Source: Neoconidiobolus thromboides FSU 785
Taxonomy: Eukaryota > Fungi > Entomophthoromycota
Direction of reading: 5' to 3'
Assembly (NCBI GenBank): GCA_025603075.1
Contig: MU626272.1
Span: 1 to 64,000 of the forward strand
DNA length: 64,000 nucleotides
How positions within the stretch are numbered: position 1 is the first letter of the stretch; the number at the start of each line of letters is the position of its first letter. Position numbers and translations under genes: made by a program. A model generated the notes under the pieces. It worked only from the letters and a program-made list of their open reading frames with translations, was not told the DNA's origin and made no database searches. Shown here piece by piece: positions 1-12,368 of the stretch.

Positions 1-95
1 TATAATAAATATAATAAATATAATAAATATAATAAATATAATAAATATAATAAATATAATAAATATAATAAATATAATAAATATAATAAATATAA
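1..95. repeat. 9-bp tandem repeat (TATAATAAA)x10 plus a degenerate copy, cut by the window start
   Basis: Ten perfect copies at 1-90, then tataacaata. Confidence 0.9.
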
Positions 96-515
96 CAATA
101 TTTAAAAGAAATAAGTTTATATAAACAAACTTTGATTTACAATGAATAAATATATTAAATTAAATTAAACTTGATTTAATTTTAATAAAAAATTGGGCTA
201 AAACTAGTGTAAAATTCAAATAGTTTTTAGTGAGAATATTTTACATTAGAAAGTGTTTTGGTGTAGGTTATGTTTTGATGTTTTATAATCTTTTTTAATA
301 AACAAATATCAATGAATAATAGAAGATATAACAATTTCATATAAGCTTTCAACATTTAGCAAGCTTTATTGTAATTATAACTATTCGAAAGCATTCAATG
401 AAGTCTAAACAACTTCTATTTTTAGTCAAGCTCTTAAAAAAAAGGGATATAAATTAGAGATTTTTGTTCTTTAATTCCAAAAAAAACTATCAATTATTTT
501 AAGTAGCATAAAAAA

Positions 516-2321
516 ATGAACTCAACTAACGATATGGCTAATAATGGCGATTATTCAACTAGCAGTGAGGCTTTAGATTCCAATAATCAATCCAAAGGAT
601 TTGAAGATCATAGCAAAAGGATTAAACTATTTCAAACTAAATTTGGTTCCACAACACTTAATAATGAAGAACAAAACGCATCCACGAATAGCCAAGATTA
701 TGACGATAGTGAAGCTAAAGACAAAAAGAATAACAAACAAGCAAGTTCATGCGATAGTTGTCGAGAACGTAAATTAGCATGTAATAAAGAGAAACCGAGG
801 TGTGATAGTTGTCGACGTAAGGACTTAACTTGCTATTATAGTTATAAAAAAATGAGCAAAAATAATAAACCCAGTGTTTATATAACCAGTTTACAAAATA
901 GGGTAGCTGAGCTAGAAAAATTGTTACAAGAAAAAGAAAGTGAGAAAGAAGTGAAATTATCTATGCTAGATAATATTCATTTAAGTCATCCTTATTTTAA
1001 AGATCGAAATGAAATTTTGTTACATTTAATCAATACTTTTTTTCTTAAGATGGTTCGTTTTATGGGTATTATCAATGAAGAAGAATTTTATTTACAATAT
1101 CAACAAGGTACTTTAGATAAATTATTACTTTACTCTGTATGTGCTTTAGGTTCTATTTATTCTGATTATTTTAATATCTTATCAACAAAACACCATCCTG
1201 CTGGTAGAGATTTTGCTGATAAAGCAGAACAATGGTTAATGGAAAGGTTTACAAGAACACCTACTTTAGTTTCGATTCAAGCTGGTTTGTTATTAGGTGC
1301 CTATGAGTTTGCTGCTGGCAGAGGTGAAATGTCTGTGTTTTTTTTATCTAGTACACATCGTGCTGCTCAATATATTGGTTTAAATTTTATTGATTCTACT
1401 ATGTTATCTAATCCTATTAATCCAGGCCTATTAACTCACGAACAATTAGAAATTAGAAGAAGAATGTGGTGGGAATGTTTAAGTAGTGATGTTATAGCAG
1501 CTACTTTAGTAGGAAGACCATTAATTATAGATGATCGAGACTATGTAGTGAATTTACCGATGGAAGATAATAAATTAATGAAGTTAAATGAGATTGATGA
1601 GATATACTATTATCAATTATTATATACACTTATCAATTATTGGCGTGAAATTTTTCGATTTACACATCACCGACATTTAAGAAAATGGTTGACCAACGAT
1701 GTTATCTGTAAGCATATTAAAACTTATCAATTGAAATTAAATCATTTTAAACTTACTTTACCACCTAATTTAACCTTTTATGAAGATAAAAAGTTAGTAG
1801 AAGCACCTACTAAATTACAATGTTGTGCTGCTATACTTTGCGTTGTTTCCAATTTATTAACTATATTACTACATCGATCCCATTTAGCACATGCTATTGA
1901 AAATAAAAATATAGCTGAATCTGAGTTAGAATCAAAGCAGATATGTATCGAATCAGCTACAAATATAGTCAAAGTAGTCGAAGTCTTTCAAGGGTATGAA
2001 CAAGAATTAGGGGACGTATATACTTCTTTTGCAGTATTTAATGCAGCAACGATCATTAATAACGTATTATATACCAATAAGAAAGAGTATGTTAATGGGT
2101 TACAAATTCATCAACATTACAAATTATTAAAACAGTTTTTAAAAGATCATGCTAAAGTTTGGAGTATGAATAATATGTTTTTGGAAATTTTAAAATTAAT
2201 GGAACAAACTTTCAAAAGAGGTCAATTAAAACCTGATATCGAAGGGCACCTTGCTTGGTTATCTCCTACTTCTACTTCTTATGTACAATGGTATTTTTCA
2301 AATGTAGCATTTAATTCATAA
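516..2321 (+). CDS. Zn(II)2Cys6 transcription factor with fungal-specific TF middle domain, intronless, 601 aa
   Basis: CDSCRERKLACNKEKPRCDSCRRKDLTC binuclear cluster, a following coiled coil, and an EIRRRMWW...LVGRP motif typical of Fungal_trans. Confidence 0.95.
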   Translation: MNSTNDMANNGDYSTSSEALDSNNQSKGFEDHSKRIKLFQTKFGSTTLNNEEQNASTNSQDYDDSEAKDKKNNKQASSCDSCRERKLACNKEKPRCDSCRRKDLTCYYSYKKMSKNNKPSVYITSLQNRVAELEKLLQEKESEKEVKLSMLDNIHLSHPYFKDRNEILLHLINTFFLKMVRFMGIINEEEFYLQYQQGTLDKLLLYSVCALGSIYSDYFNILSTKHHPAGRDFADKAEQWLMERFTRTPTLVSIQAGLLLGAYEFAAGRGEMSVFFLSSTHRAAQYIGLNFIDSTMLSNPINPGLLTHEQLEIRRRMWWECLSSDVIAATLVGRPLIIDDRDYVVNLPMEDNKLMKLNEIDEIYYYQLLYTLINYWREIFRFTHHRHLRKWLTNDVICKHIKTYQLKLNHFKLTLPPNLTFYEDKKLVEAPTKLQCCAAILCVVSNLLTILLHRSHLAHAIENKNIAESELESKQICIESATNIVKVVEVFQGYEQELGDVYTSFAVFNAATIINNVLYTNKKEYVNGLQIHQHYKLLKQFLKDHAKVWSMNNMFLEILKLMEQTFKRGQLKPDIEGHLAWLSPTSTSYVQWYFSNVAFNS

Positions 2322-2408
2322 CTAAAAAGAGAACATGTTAAGTGTGAATGTTATATTATATTATATTATATTATTAAGTTAAAATTAAACTCAGGTAACA
2401 ATATTATT

Positions 2409-2747
2409 TTAAACATCTTTATTAACAAAATCCGAATGAGAACCATCATCAGGGATGAGGATATCATCATTAAAAGACAAATTAGCTTCATTAGTTACCA
2501 GTTTCTCTTTTAATCTTTTATAAAAATCAATACGTAACTCATACAATTCCCAAATTTGAATAAACAGTTGCTTGAATAAATGTTGTAAATGGGAATCTGG
2601 TAAATAATTCATACTATAAAAATGATATAAAATTTTACACATAGATTCTTTAAAATTCATACATTTTAAACTAATTAAGTTTTGTCGTAATTCAAGCATC
2701 CAATTTAATATTTCATAATAAAAATTATCACTATTAGTAGCGTCCAT
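2409..2747 (-). CDS. Hypothetical protein, 112 aa
   Basis: Open frame with an ATG in a gcc-ATG context, converging on the TF gene; no recognisable motif. Confidence 0.45.
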   Translation of the reverse strand: MDATNSDNFYYEILNWMLELRQNLISLKCMNFKESMCKILYHFYSMNYLPDSHLQHLFKQLFIQIWELYELRIDFYKRLKEKLVTNEANLSFNDDILIPDDGSHSDFVNKDV

Positions 2748-2981
2748 GGCTTTTGCTGTTTTTATTAGTTTATTGTGTCTGTTTGCTTCATTTATATATT
2801 GTTTTAGTTGAAATTTTGATTTTAATCAGTAAATTCAAAAAGGATAAACGACCAATCATGTCAGTTTCATAATTAGATTTTTAAAATTATAAGACTAAAA
2901 ATAAGTAAAGTAAAAATAAGTAAAAATGAAGTATTAAAATTAACTATCAACGCCAATAAAACATAAAATAAAAATAGTTTA

Positions 2982-3714
2982 TTAATTATTAATTGTATTT
3001 TCATTATGCTGGATCTCCTTGTTATCATTTAATTTTAAAATATTCGTTGTTCTCTGTTCAATATATTTCCATACTTTATCGTTAATTATAGTTTCATTAT
3101 TATCATTACTATTGTTTAATAGCTCATATTCTAAATCAATAATAGAATTGAATCTTTCCCATTTTTGAATATCTTGAAACTCATTGATAAATCGATTCAA
3201 TATTGTTACCCCAAAGGTACCTTCAACTCGAGTTTCATGATTAACTCGAGCCATTATTCTATCTTCTAATATCTAATCATTATTTACAATAATCAAAATA
3301 AGAATATTTAAAAAATATGTCTATTGCTTACTTTCTTAGGTATCCACAATACAATACAGTCTATAGGAATCCTATATTTTCTAGCTAAATTTATCCATGT
3401 TTTCCTTTGTCTTGAATCAATATTGCAACGATCGATTATTATATTTTTACCCTAATAAAACTCAATAAAAATTCATACAACTTTTTTTCCCCTTACATTA
3501 ACGATAGCTGCCGTTGCAGCTAACTCACAAGCCTCTCTATTACCAAGTTCATCTTGATTTGCTCTTTCCCATCCCTTTTTTTATTTATACAAATTTAATA
3601 TACAATCATTTATAATCAATTAAAAAATTATTCACTAACTTCATATCTATCACAAAATTGTTTGGATATTGTGGATTTTCCACTACATGGTGGCCCGACT
3701 AATATTATTATCAT
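2982..3714 (-). CDS. P-loop kinase, AAA_33 / polynucleotide-kinase-like, multi-exon; 5' end may extend further
   Basis: Manual splicing gives MIIILVGPPCSGKSTISKQF (Walker A), ERANQDELGNREAC, NIIIDRCNIDSRQRKTWI and ILEDRIMARVNHETRV. Confidence 0.8.
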
Positions 3715-4203
3715 CTCTTTCTATTGGTTTCGGAAAGTAAAATTGAAACTTAAAAACTTTTAAATTAGTTTTTTCAGAATATTAGATTGTAGGAATAGAA
3801 TCGGTTCTTTATTAAAAAGAATAAGAATTAAAGCATCATCGAAACTTAATAAAGTAAACGCGTGCTAATGGGCTTAAATTATATTTAGTTCATATTGCTT
3901 TAATTATCAATAATTTTTAACATAGTTATTATTCTATTTTTTATAAAGTGTCGAAGCTTTTAGGTTTTCTTTACATATTGTAAAGTTGTAGTAAACATTG
4001 ATTTCTATTATCATTTGAAAAGAATTTTCATGTTAAAAACTTGATGCTTTAATTTTTTTAGTTCTATATATTTAAACAAGATATTAACTGCTATTAATAA
4101 ATGAAATACTATTAAATTTAACAAAAAATATGACTAATGAAAAACATTTAAACAGAGAAATACTAAATTATATCATTACTTTTACTTTCAACTTACAATG
4201 TAT

Positions 4204-4500
4204 TTAATAATAATAATGATAACACCAAGTATCCAATTCAACTTCATTATACTAAGCAGCTGTCAAAGCACTGCATTCAAACGATTCACCATAAACTATG
4301 TATAGCTCATAATCAAAGTCGTCAGCGTTAAGACTATCGAATGCATCTTTACCGTCTATAAATGAGCTTATTTCAGAGAAGCAGCCATATTTAAAACATG
4401 AAACTGGGTTAGATTTTAATAAAGTGGCGTGGGCTGAATATAAGGTATACTTTTGATCTAAAGCTTCTAAAAAGCCTAAAACTTAAAACTTTTCAAGAGA
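4204..4500 (-). pseudogene. Protein-like reading-frame fragment without a start codon
   Basis: 76 open codons (VLGFLEALDQKY...CSALTAA) bounded by TAA and TAG, with protein-like sequence continuing past both stops; family not recognised. Confidence 0.3.
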
Positions 4501-4625
4501 TGCTATATAAAGTTTGTTTCATTTAATCTATAATTAAAAAGGAAGATTTTTACAAAGATTCAAAGAATGTTTAGATTATGGAGCTTATAATTTGAATTTA
4601 GAAAAAATAAACTTAATAAATTAAT

Positions 4626-4723
4626 GGGGATGTATTTTTTTTGTTTAGAATTTTACTAACAATCTTTCCACTCAAATAGCGCTTAGAAGATAGAAAAAGT
4701 GATGAGACTAGAAAAACATCGTC
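4626..4723 (+). mobile_element. MITE copy A, Sola-like, 98 bp
   Basis: GGGGATGTA...ACATCGTC with a perfect TAAT/TAAT 4-bp TSD. Confidence 0.85.
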
Positions 4724-5048
4724 TAATGTTTGACTTTTAATTTTAAAGCAAATTTAACTTTGAAAATTTAACTAATGTGTAAATTTGTAAATTTGGAATT
4801 TACTTGTAAAGTTAAGCTAAAGAATCGGACAAACAATCTAAACATTTCAGTTGAAATTTAGAAAGCATTAAACTTTATCGGTGATTGCTTCATTTAGCAT
4901 AAACTTATGGCCGACCCAATGCTAAGAGTCCGACTACCGGAGCCAATGAAAACCAACCTAAAGATGAGATAACAAAATATAAAAAGAAAGAATCTTCCTC
5001 AACTTGTTTTTTAAAAACTAAAATTACATATAACCAATATCAAACATC

Positions 5049-6371
5049 ATGTTCCAAAATTTTTTTAATTCGTGTAGTTATTATATTTGGCCAACAAACG
5101 AAAGTAAGGCTGAAGAAGCGGAATGGAAATTATTAAATAGTATTAAGGGGTTAGGTTGGGTTAATGATAAAATAGAAAAAGATAAAGAAGAAAAAGAGGA
5201 GATAATCAAGAGAGGAGAGTTAAAAAAGGTGTATATCAATGATAAGGATTATATCAATACGTTTTCGATTTATGAAAAGGAAAGGGATAAAGTAAAAGGC
5301 GTATTAATTTTGACCCATGGTTATGGTAACGGTTTAGGTCATTATTTTCAAAATTATGAAGCTTTGGTCAATTTGAGAGGTTGGGATATTCATTCTATCG
5401 ATTGGTTAGGCATGGGTAGATCTTCGAGGCCTCACTTTAATTTAAAGAAGAAAAAGGGTCAAACGGAATTGGATCATATTAAAGAGGTAAAGCATTATTA
5501 TTTTATTTAATTTTTAACTAATATTTTAATTGTAGGCAGAAGACTTTTTTGTAGAAAGCTTTGAAGAATGGACTAAAAAGATGGGATTAGAAAAATTTCA
5601 TCTTTTAGGTCATAGTTTAGGTGGCTATCTTTCAACTGTATATGCTTTAAAATATGCAGATAAAGTTGAAAAATTACTTTTAGCTTCACCAGGTAACTTT
5701 ACAATAACAATAATAATTACATTGTTTTATTTATCTAATATTTGTTAGTTGGAATCCCAAAAAGTCCTTATTTAGTAGATAATTCAGATGAAGCAAAACT
5801 TGAAGCAGCCCATCAACAACAAGAGATTGATTCACCACTAGCTAATTCTGAATTTGCAAAGAGACCAACAAATATACCATTTTGGGTACCATACGCTTGG
5901 GATAAATTAAATGTTACACCACAATGGTTAGTAAGGATGGCAGGGCCTTATGGACCTAAATTAATATCTTATTATACGGATAGAAGATTAGCTCATTTAA
6001 ATCAAGATCAAAAGAAAATGTTAGAAGAGTATTTGTACCATATCTCTTCAATGAAAGGATCTGGCGAATATGCTTTGGGGTCTATTTTGTCATTTGGGGC
6101 ATTTGCTAGATATCCATTACATAAACGTATGACTAAGTTAACTATGCCAGTCACCTTCATCTATGGCGAAGTTGATTGGATGGATTTTAGACATGCTTTG
6201 AAAATTAAGGATAACTTTAATGTACCTATTAAAATACATGTGCTTCCAGAAGTGGGTCATCAATTATTTTTAGAAAAAGCAGAACACTTTAATGAGTTCT
6301 TAGTTAAAGAATTGCAATCTAATAACACAGAGCCATTTACTACTAATATTGATATTAACCAATTTGCTTAA
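5049..6371 (+). CDS. Alpha/beta hydrolase of the CLD1/ICT1/ABHD4-5 family (cardiolipin deacylase-like), 3 exons
   Basis: LTHGYGNG, IDWLGMGRSSRP, the GHSLGG nucleophile motif in exon 2 (~5607) and C-terminal VGHQLFLE; introns at about 5488-5535 and 5693-5748. Confidence 0.85.
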
Positions 6372-6484
6372 TTTATTTGTAAAATAAACTTTACTATTTG
6401 TTACATAAATTTTATTTCTATTTTTTTTATTTAATTGCTTCAAACAAAGAATAACTTCAAATTTACTTTTGTTTTTTAATCAAA

Positions 6485-7244
6485 ATGAAATTGATAAATT
6501 TATTTCAAAGACAAATATTAAAACGAACAAGAAGTATAGCTACTAATAGAATATCAAATCAAGTAAGCAAAATATATAATATAATTAAAACACCGATTGA
6601 TAACTTAACTTTAGACTTCATCATCGACAACGAAAACTGGATTATCAGGATTTGAAATTCAATTATTAGAATTAAGTCAGTTAAAAGAAGGGGGAACAGA
6701 GAGCAAACCAGAAAGACAAAAACCATCAGATGACAACTTAAATTATCTTAAAAGTTATTACACCACGAATACACCACCTGTTAACCAAGATGAACGAGAG
6801 GATATCATTTTAAGTAATATCATCCGTATCAATAGTTGTATAAAACAAGTGGATCTATTAACATTAGTACAAGAATTGAACTCCAGCAAAGAATTAATGA
6901 ATAAAAAAATCATAATAGAAGTGATTAAAAAATCAACTCAGTTTAATAACCATTATATTTCTTATGTACTATTAGAACAATTTAAAAGATTAGGATTGTT
7001 AACTTATTTACAATTTATTGATGATAAAGTGATGATGGAGATAATGGATAGCATATGGCAAGGGACAAAGGATTGGTATAGGGTTAAATGGGTTTTAGAT
7101 TTATGCGAAAGAGATGGGATTATGGTTACCAGAGAAATGGCAAAGAAATTAGAAGAAATTAAAGATTATTTTGATGGTTTACAAATGGAAGAAGAAGTTA
7201 TAGATATTGATAATGTGATCAAGAGTGTTAGAATAAAAGATTGA
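6485..7244 (+). CDS. Mitochondrial Mtf2-like protein, 2 exons
   Basis: Basic presequence-like start MKLINLFQRQILKRTRSIAT; an intron joins it in frame to ORF 6849; the C-terminus (LLEQFKRLG...IWQGTKDWYRVKWVLDLCERDG) resembles the Mtf2 C-terminal domain as I recall it. Confidence 0.55.
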
Positions 7245-7641
7245 GGTGTTTGTTAATATTCGCGTATACTTTCTATCATTGTTTTATTATTCAATCTTTT
7301 TTGCTACGTTGACTATTTTTATGAATTAAGTATATTGTTTTATTTTTTGTTAAGTATATTATACTTTTTTAAGTGTATGATAGCTATCTTGTAATTTATC
7401 TATTATTGTTCTATTTTGTTTGCTATTACTTGTTATATTATTTCCCATATTAACTTATACATTTATATAAATTAACAATACAACTATTCTTTAACTTGAG
7501 CATAATTTAGATTATTGACCAATAAGTTTTATTAGAAATTTAATCAATAAATGATGCAAGTTAACTGAAATTGAGAATATTTAAATAAATTTTTTAATAG
7601 CTTATCTTGCTTATTAATATATACTACTATTCAAAAAAATA

Positions 7642-9254
7642 ATGCAATTTGAAAATCGAAATAAAAAGCGGTATTTTATGGGCATCCTAATGCTATTAGG
7701 CGTAGTCATATTATGGGTTGGATCTTCATTTTTAATTAATGTAAATTTATATAATCTTATTAGTAACAATTTAAATTGACCGAGTTTTATTCTTATATTC
7801 TAGTCTATCTTTACAGAGCAAAGTTTTGATCACCCTTTCTTTTTAACTTATTTTAATACCTCTACCTTTTCGATCTATTTAATCTTAGTCTTTTTCCAAC
7901 GAAGATATCAAAAGTTTAAAAATAAGAGAGTAGAAACTAGTCATAAAAGGTAAATAATTAGAAATTTATTTATTTATTGATACCAATAATAATTTATCAT
8001 TTTAGCCCTCTAGTATCCCCTGAACTAAATGTAAATCAAGTAATATTATCATGATTTATCATATATTATTTTTATTAACATTATCAAAATAGTATGGTTT
8101 AGCTAAAGATTTAAAGCTTCAAGATTTAACTGAATTAAACTCAGAAGAAGAAGAAGAAGAAGAGATTACAACACCGAGTAACAATAAATTAAGTGATAAA
8201 GAAGTAACTGATAATGAAAGATTGAATGAATTTTATATTAATCATAATCAACTTAGACTGCAAAGCTTAGTTTTTACTTCTGCTTATTATGGTTTGCAGC
8301 TAACTGGTCAAACAACGCTTCCTTATCTTTAACTTCTGTAGCTTCATCTACTATCTTGTCTTCTACTTCAGGTAAAGACATTGAAATTAACTGATCATTG
8401 ATTCTTATTATATCATTTAGGTATTTTCACTTTGATTTTTGGTTCTCTTTTTAAAGTAGAAAGATTCACATTAGTAAAACTTAGTGGCATTTTAGTGAGG
8501 TAAGCTAAAACGCTATCTACTTTATAATTGATGTTATTAATTTCCCATATTCTCAGTTTATTGGGAGTAGTATTAGTAGGCTTAAGTGATATGGGAACTG
8601 ATAGCTCACTTACATTTAATACAATGGTCATAGGAGATATCTTATCTATCTTAGGAGCAGTGTTTTATGCTTTTTACACAACTTTCTTGAAAATCAAAGT
8701 GGATGAAGAGAAGGTAGATATGAAGTTATTTTTAGGTTTTGTGGGCTTAATTAATTTGGTTATCATGATTCCTGTTATGATTTTAATTCATTATATTAAC
8801 GTCGAACCTTTCTCTTTCCCCCCTACTTCTACCGTCTGGGCTATGTTGTTTTTGAATGCTTTCTTTGGTACCTTTTTGTAAGTTTATGCTTTCATTCTAA
8901 TTTGATTTTTATGCTTATTATTTTTTATTATTAGATCCGATTATCTGTGGATTTTTGCTGTTTTATTTGTAATTTTTTTTGATATTTATATATATGAATT
9001 TTATTTAGCTATTTGTTTTTAGACCTCCCCTTTAGTAGTTACACTAGGTTTATCACTAACAGTAATATTTAATTGGGAACTAAAGTTTAAATAATTAATA
9101 TTTCTATTAGATTCCATTTGCAATGGTGGGTGATATTTTAATCAATGGCAAGAGTATAACAACTATTTATGGATGCGGAGCATTATTTGTTATCATTGGA
9201 TTTTTTATGGTTAATTCAGTAGCTTATCAAGAAACTGTAAATAAAAGAGATTAA
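7642..9254 (+). CDS. DMT/EamA-family transporter (SLC35F5/THI74-like), many exons
   Basis: GILMLLGVVILWVGSSFL, FCLLWFAANWSNNASL, STILSSTSG, GDILSILGAVFYAFYTTFLK, FLGFVGLINL and TSPLVVTLGLSL. Confidence 0.85.
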
Positions 9255-9335
9255 ACAATAAAGAAATAAAATATGAATCAAATGGAATTAATTTATAACT
9301 CTTTTATTAATATTGTTATTGTTACTATTATTATT

Positions 9336-10100
9336 TTATACAAAGGCTATTAAACTTTCGAAATATTGTATAAGCTAAAATGTCAAAGTTAATGTAAGAG
9401 AATAAACAAAACTAAAATAAATGGGTTTTACTTTTTGTGGGCATTTGTACCTTAAAGTTTTTATATCTGATCCTGTACGTTCGCCATTTTTCCTATTATT
9501 TGTTAATAAATAAATCAATAAATTAGAAATAATATCTTTATAGCATCTATCCTACCCTTCTTACTTACCATAAAATAATATAAACATAATCATTTTTAAT
9601 TTCATCAAACTTGATATCTTCTATGCTATCTATTTCTTCTTCCCAACTTTCCCAATCTTTACAAAACTCATCTTTAGTTAATATGATAGTTTCAGTTTTC
9701 CTAACTTTCTTTTTTTTGGGTTTTATATACGGATTCTTCCAGTATGTCTCAATCAAGCTTTCATCATAGCTAATAGTCGTTATTTATTAATTAATCCTTT
9801 TTTCTTATGAATAAAATAAAACAATAACTTACTTACATATTCGCCTTTCTTTCCCAGGTATCATGCTTTGAAGAAAATCCTTTCCAACGGATTAAGTATT
9901 CTTTTCCTCTCTTTTTGTTATTATTATTACTTTGTAGATGGTTTTTTAAAATTTATTACCGATGTATCTCTGTGTTTTATTATCTTTTCTACTTCATATT
10001 CTTCTTCTCCAAGATCTTCTTTATACCCTTCGTCTCCTTCAATTTGTTCTTGCTTTATGTGGTCTTCTTCTTTATGGTAGGAGTTCGAGCTGCTGTCCAT
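9336..10100 (-). CDS. swi6: HP1/Swi6 heterochromatin protein (chromodomain plus chromoshadow domain), 5 exons
   Basis: Spliced chromodomain EYEVEKIIKHR...GKEYLIRWKGFSSKHDTWE and chromoshadow SWEEEIDSIE...YIILW-KNGE...KCPQK-LIQYFES. Confidence 0.88.
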
Positions 10101-11256
10101 TTTTGATTATCCAAATAGTTAAACAAGTTTTGATTTTTTATAAAAAATGAAATGTTAAAAATTTTGAGATTAGGTTTGATTTTTCTAAAAATATTGGGAA
10201 TTTTGGATCATTTTTTAAATAAAGGTTTTAACAAAGTCGCTTTTGTTAATTATTAAAAAGCAATTTTAAAAGTATATAAAAATAACTGAGTTTTATATTG
10301 ACAAACAATATACTATATTTTTATTTTATAGTTTAAAGGTAGTAAAAAAAGTTTATAACAATTTTATAATTATAGTAAATGCTATAATTATTTTCAAGCA
10401 AAAGTTATTATTAAAATCTATCAAAACCTATCAAAAAAATTCACGTCTGTTAGCTATAATTAAATATATCATTCAGAAATTTCCGTGTTCAAAGGCTATT
10501 GAGGTTTTGTGTTTTATTTAACCACTTTCTAACGAAGCACAAACCAGAGGTCATGCGATTCATTTATTTTCCATTCTCACTAACTATAACCTAGAGTTAT
10601 AGTTTAATACAAGCTTAATCACAGGCTAATTTATAAATAACATGCAATTTGTGAAAAATTTAGGCTAAAGGTCAGCATAAAATTAAATTTTGGTTAGTTT
10701 TGATTTATGTCTTGATAGAATTAAATATTGCAAAAATTTTAATGTCAACCAATCAATCATTAAATCGGTAAAGTTAGGAATTAAAAATTATAAAAATGTC
10801 ATTAGCAAGGGTTAAACTGATCACTAATAAATCGTATGCAGGAGAAAAGCCAAATATGTCCAGGTTTTTATATTAGTATAAAAATTCATGTTTGATGTTT
10901 GATGTTATGGAAGGCATAGATATAATCGGCCTTAAAAGTTAGCCTAGAGAAGCGTATAATTTGTTTAAAAAGAATATCAAATATGCAAAAATCTTATTTT
11001 TACTATCTTTAGAAAGTGATTATAGGAGTTGTGGATTAAAGGTTTACTATAACTTTAGTATAAGTAGATGTAGTTTAAAAAAATAGCTGAGCTACCAGTA
11101 GTAAGTACATTGAAGGATTTATTGTCCATCTTTAGGAGTAGAAAGCAGATGAATTTCAAATATAGCATTGTAAGTTAAGACATACTATTTTAATACATGA
11201 CTTCAGAATTATAGTTTTGTTTTAGTGTTCTAATTTGAAAAAAGCAATCGATTTAT

Positions 11257-11349
11257 GGGTTTTTTTTGTTTCATCACTCTTTCTATCTTTTAAGCGCCAT
11301 TTAAGCGGAAAAATTGTTAGTAAATTCTTGAACCTAAAAATACATCTCC
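11257..11349 (-). mobile_element. MITE copy B, Sola-like, degenerate left TIR
   Basis: Internal sequence matches the family; ends in ACATCTCC; flanks TTAT/ATAT (one mismatch). Confidence 0.75.
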
Positions 11350-12368
11350 ATATATAATAAAACTGTGTCTTTAATTTGTAATTTTCTATAAATACGTTTT
11401 TAAAATAAACTTTATTACATTTGAAAAATCGAAGTTGTTTGTTGCATTTTAGACATTATAATAAGTTACATCCCTATTATAAAAATAGAATATATAGATA
11501 CGATTAAATACAATCAAATCTTTTAAAAAAGAGTTCTTAAGATAAGTTTTTTACCATGCTCCTTTTGAATTTCTTTCTACTTTCCTTTTTTCTACTTTAA
11601 AGTTTAAGCTAAACCTTCTATCTAGTCCAATTAAGGGTCCGAACTTTAGCATTAGTCTTAAACGTCACTTTTATCCCTTTAATCTATTAAATAAATGCCT
11701 ATTTTATTACTTTTAAATAAAATAAACCCTCCAATATTTAACTCTATTATATATTGTTACATTTAAACTATAAGTTGGGTGCTATATTATCAGTAAATAT
11801 CTGATTCTGAAGATCTATACTTATTATATATGACTTTAAACATCACTAGTGATCTGTCCGGCGACATCTACATCATATTTTAGTACTTTCATAACATTTA
11901 CTTATCCCTTTAAACTATATATAATTATTAACCTTAGTCCTTTAATTTTCAACTGTTTGTATTTTTGTCAACTAATGATTTTACTTTAAATCAATAATTA
12001 AGCCAATTAAATGCGCAATCGACTTTGCTTTTTGATCCAAATTTTAATTAATCCCTAAAATTGAGCCAATTATACTATTTTGGCCAAAATATTTGACTAA
12101 TCATATATCATTAAATAAAATCATTGTTATTTAAATTTAGCTGTTGTCTGAGGTTTAAAGCTTTGTTAGTATTCAAAAATACAGCGTGGAGGAGAAGAAA
12201 AAATAATTCACCAAATTAAGAGTTTCAATTGAATTTGATTAAATAATCAAAAAAACTCAAAATTCAATTCAATTCAATAAGAATACTGTCATTTTAATTA
12301 CGACTTTTAGCAACGCTTTAATTATCGATTACCCATCTCATTGACGTTTGTAAACTGATATCTCAAAA

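Noticed and set aside
1-95. Window-start tandem repeat as a telomere
   Set aside because: The unit has no G/C run and does not resemble TTAGGG-type repeats; the window edge is arbitrary.
10571-10596. TAACTATAAC...GTTATAGTT hairpin resembling part of the I-CeuI homing site
   Set aside because: Only a 9-bp AT-rich inverted repeat; the rest of the site and any rDNA context are absent.
11521-11820. TAA/TAG-rich minus-strand frame as a RIP-mutated pseudogene
   Set aside because: About 14 stops in 99 codons is not clearly different from expectation for DNA this AT-rich, and no family is recognisable. The same applies to the similar tracts near 19.8-20.4, 23.8-24.5, 34.4-35.6 and 53.8-54.3 kb. A TBLASTX search would be needed to revive them.
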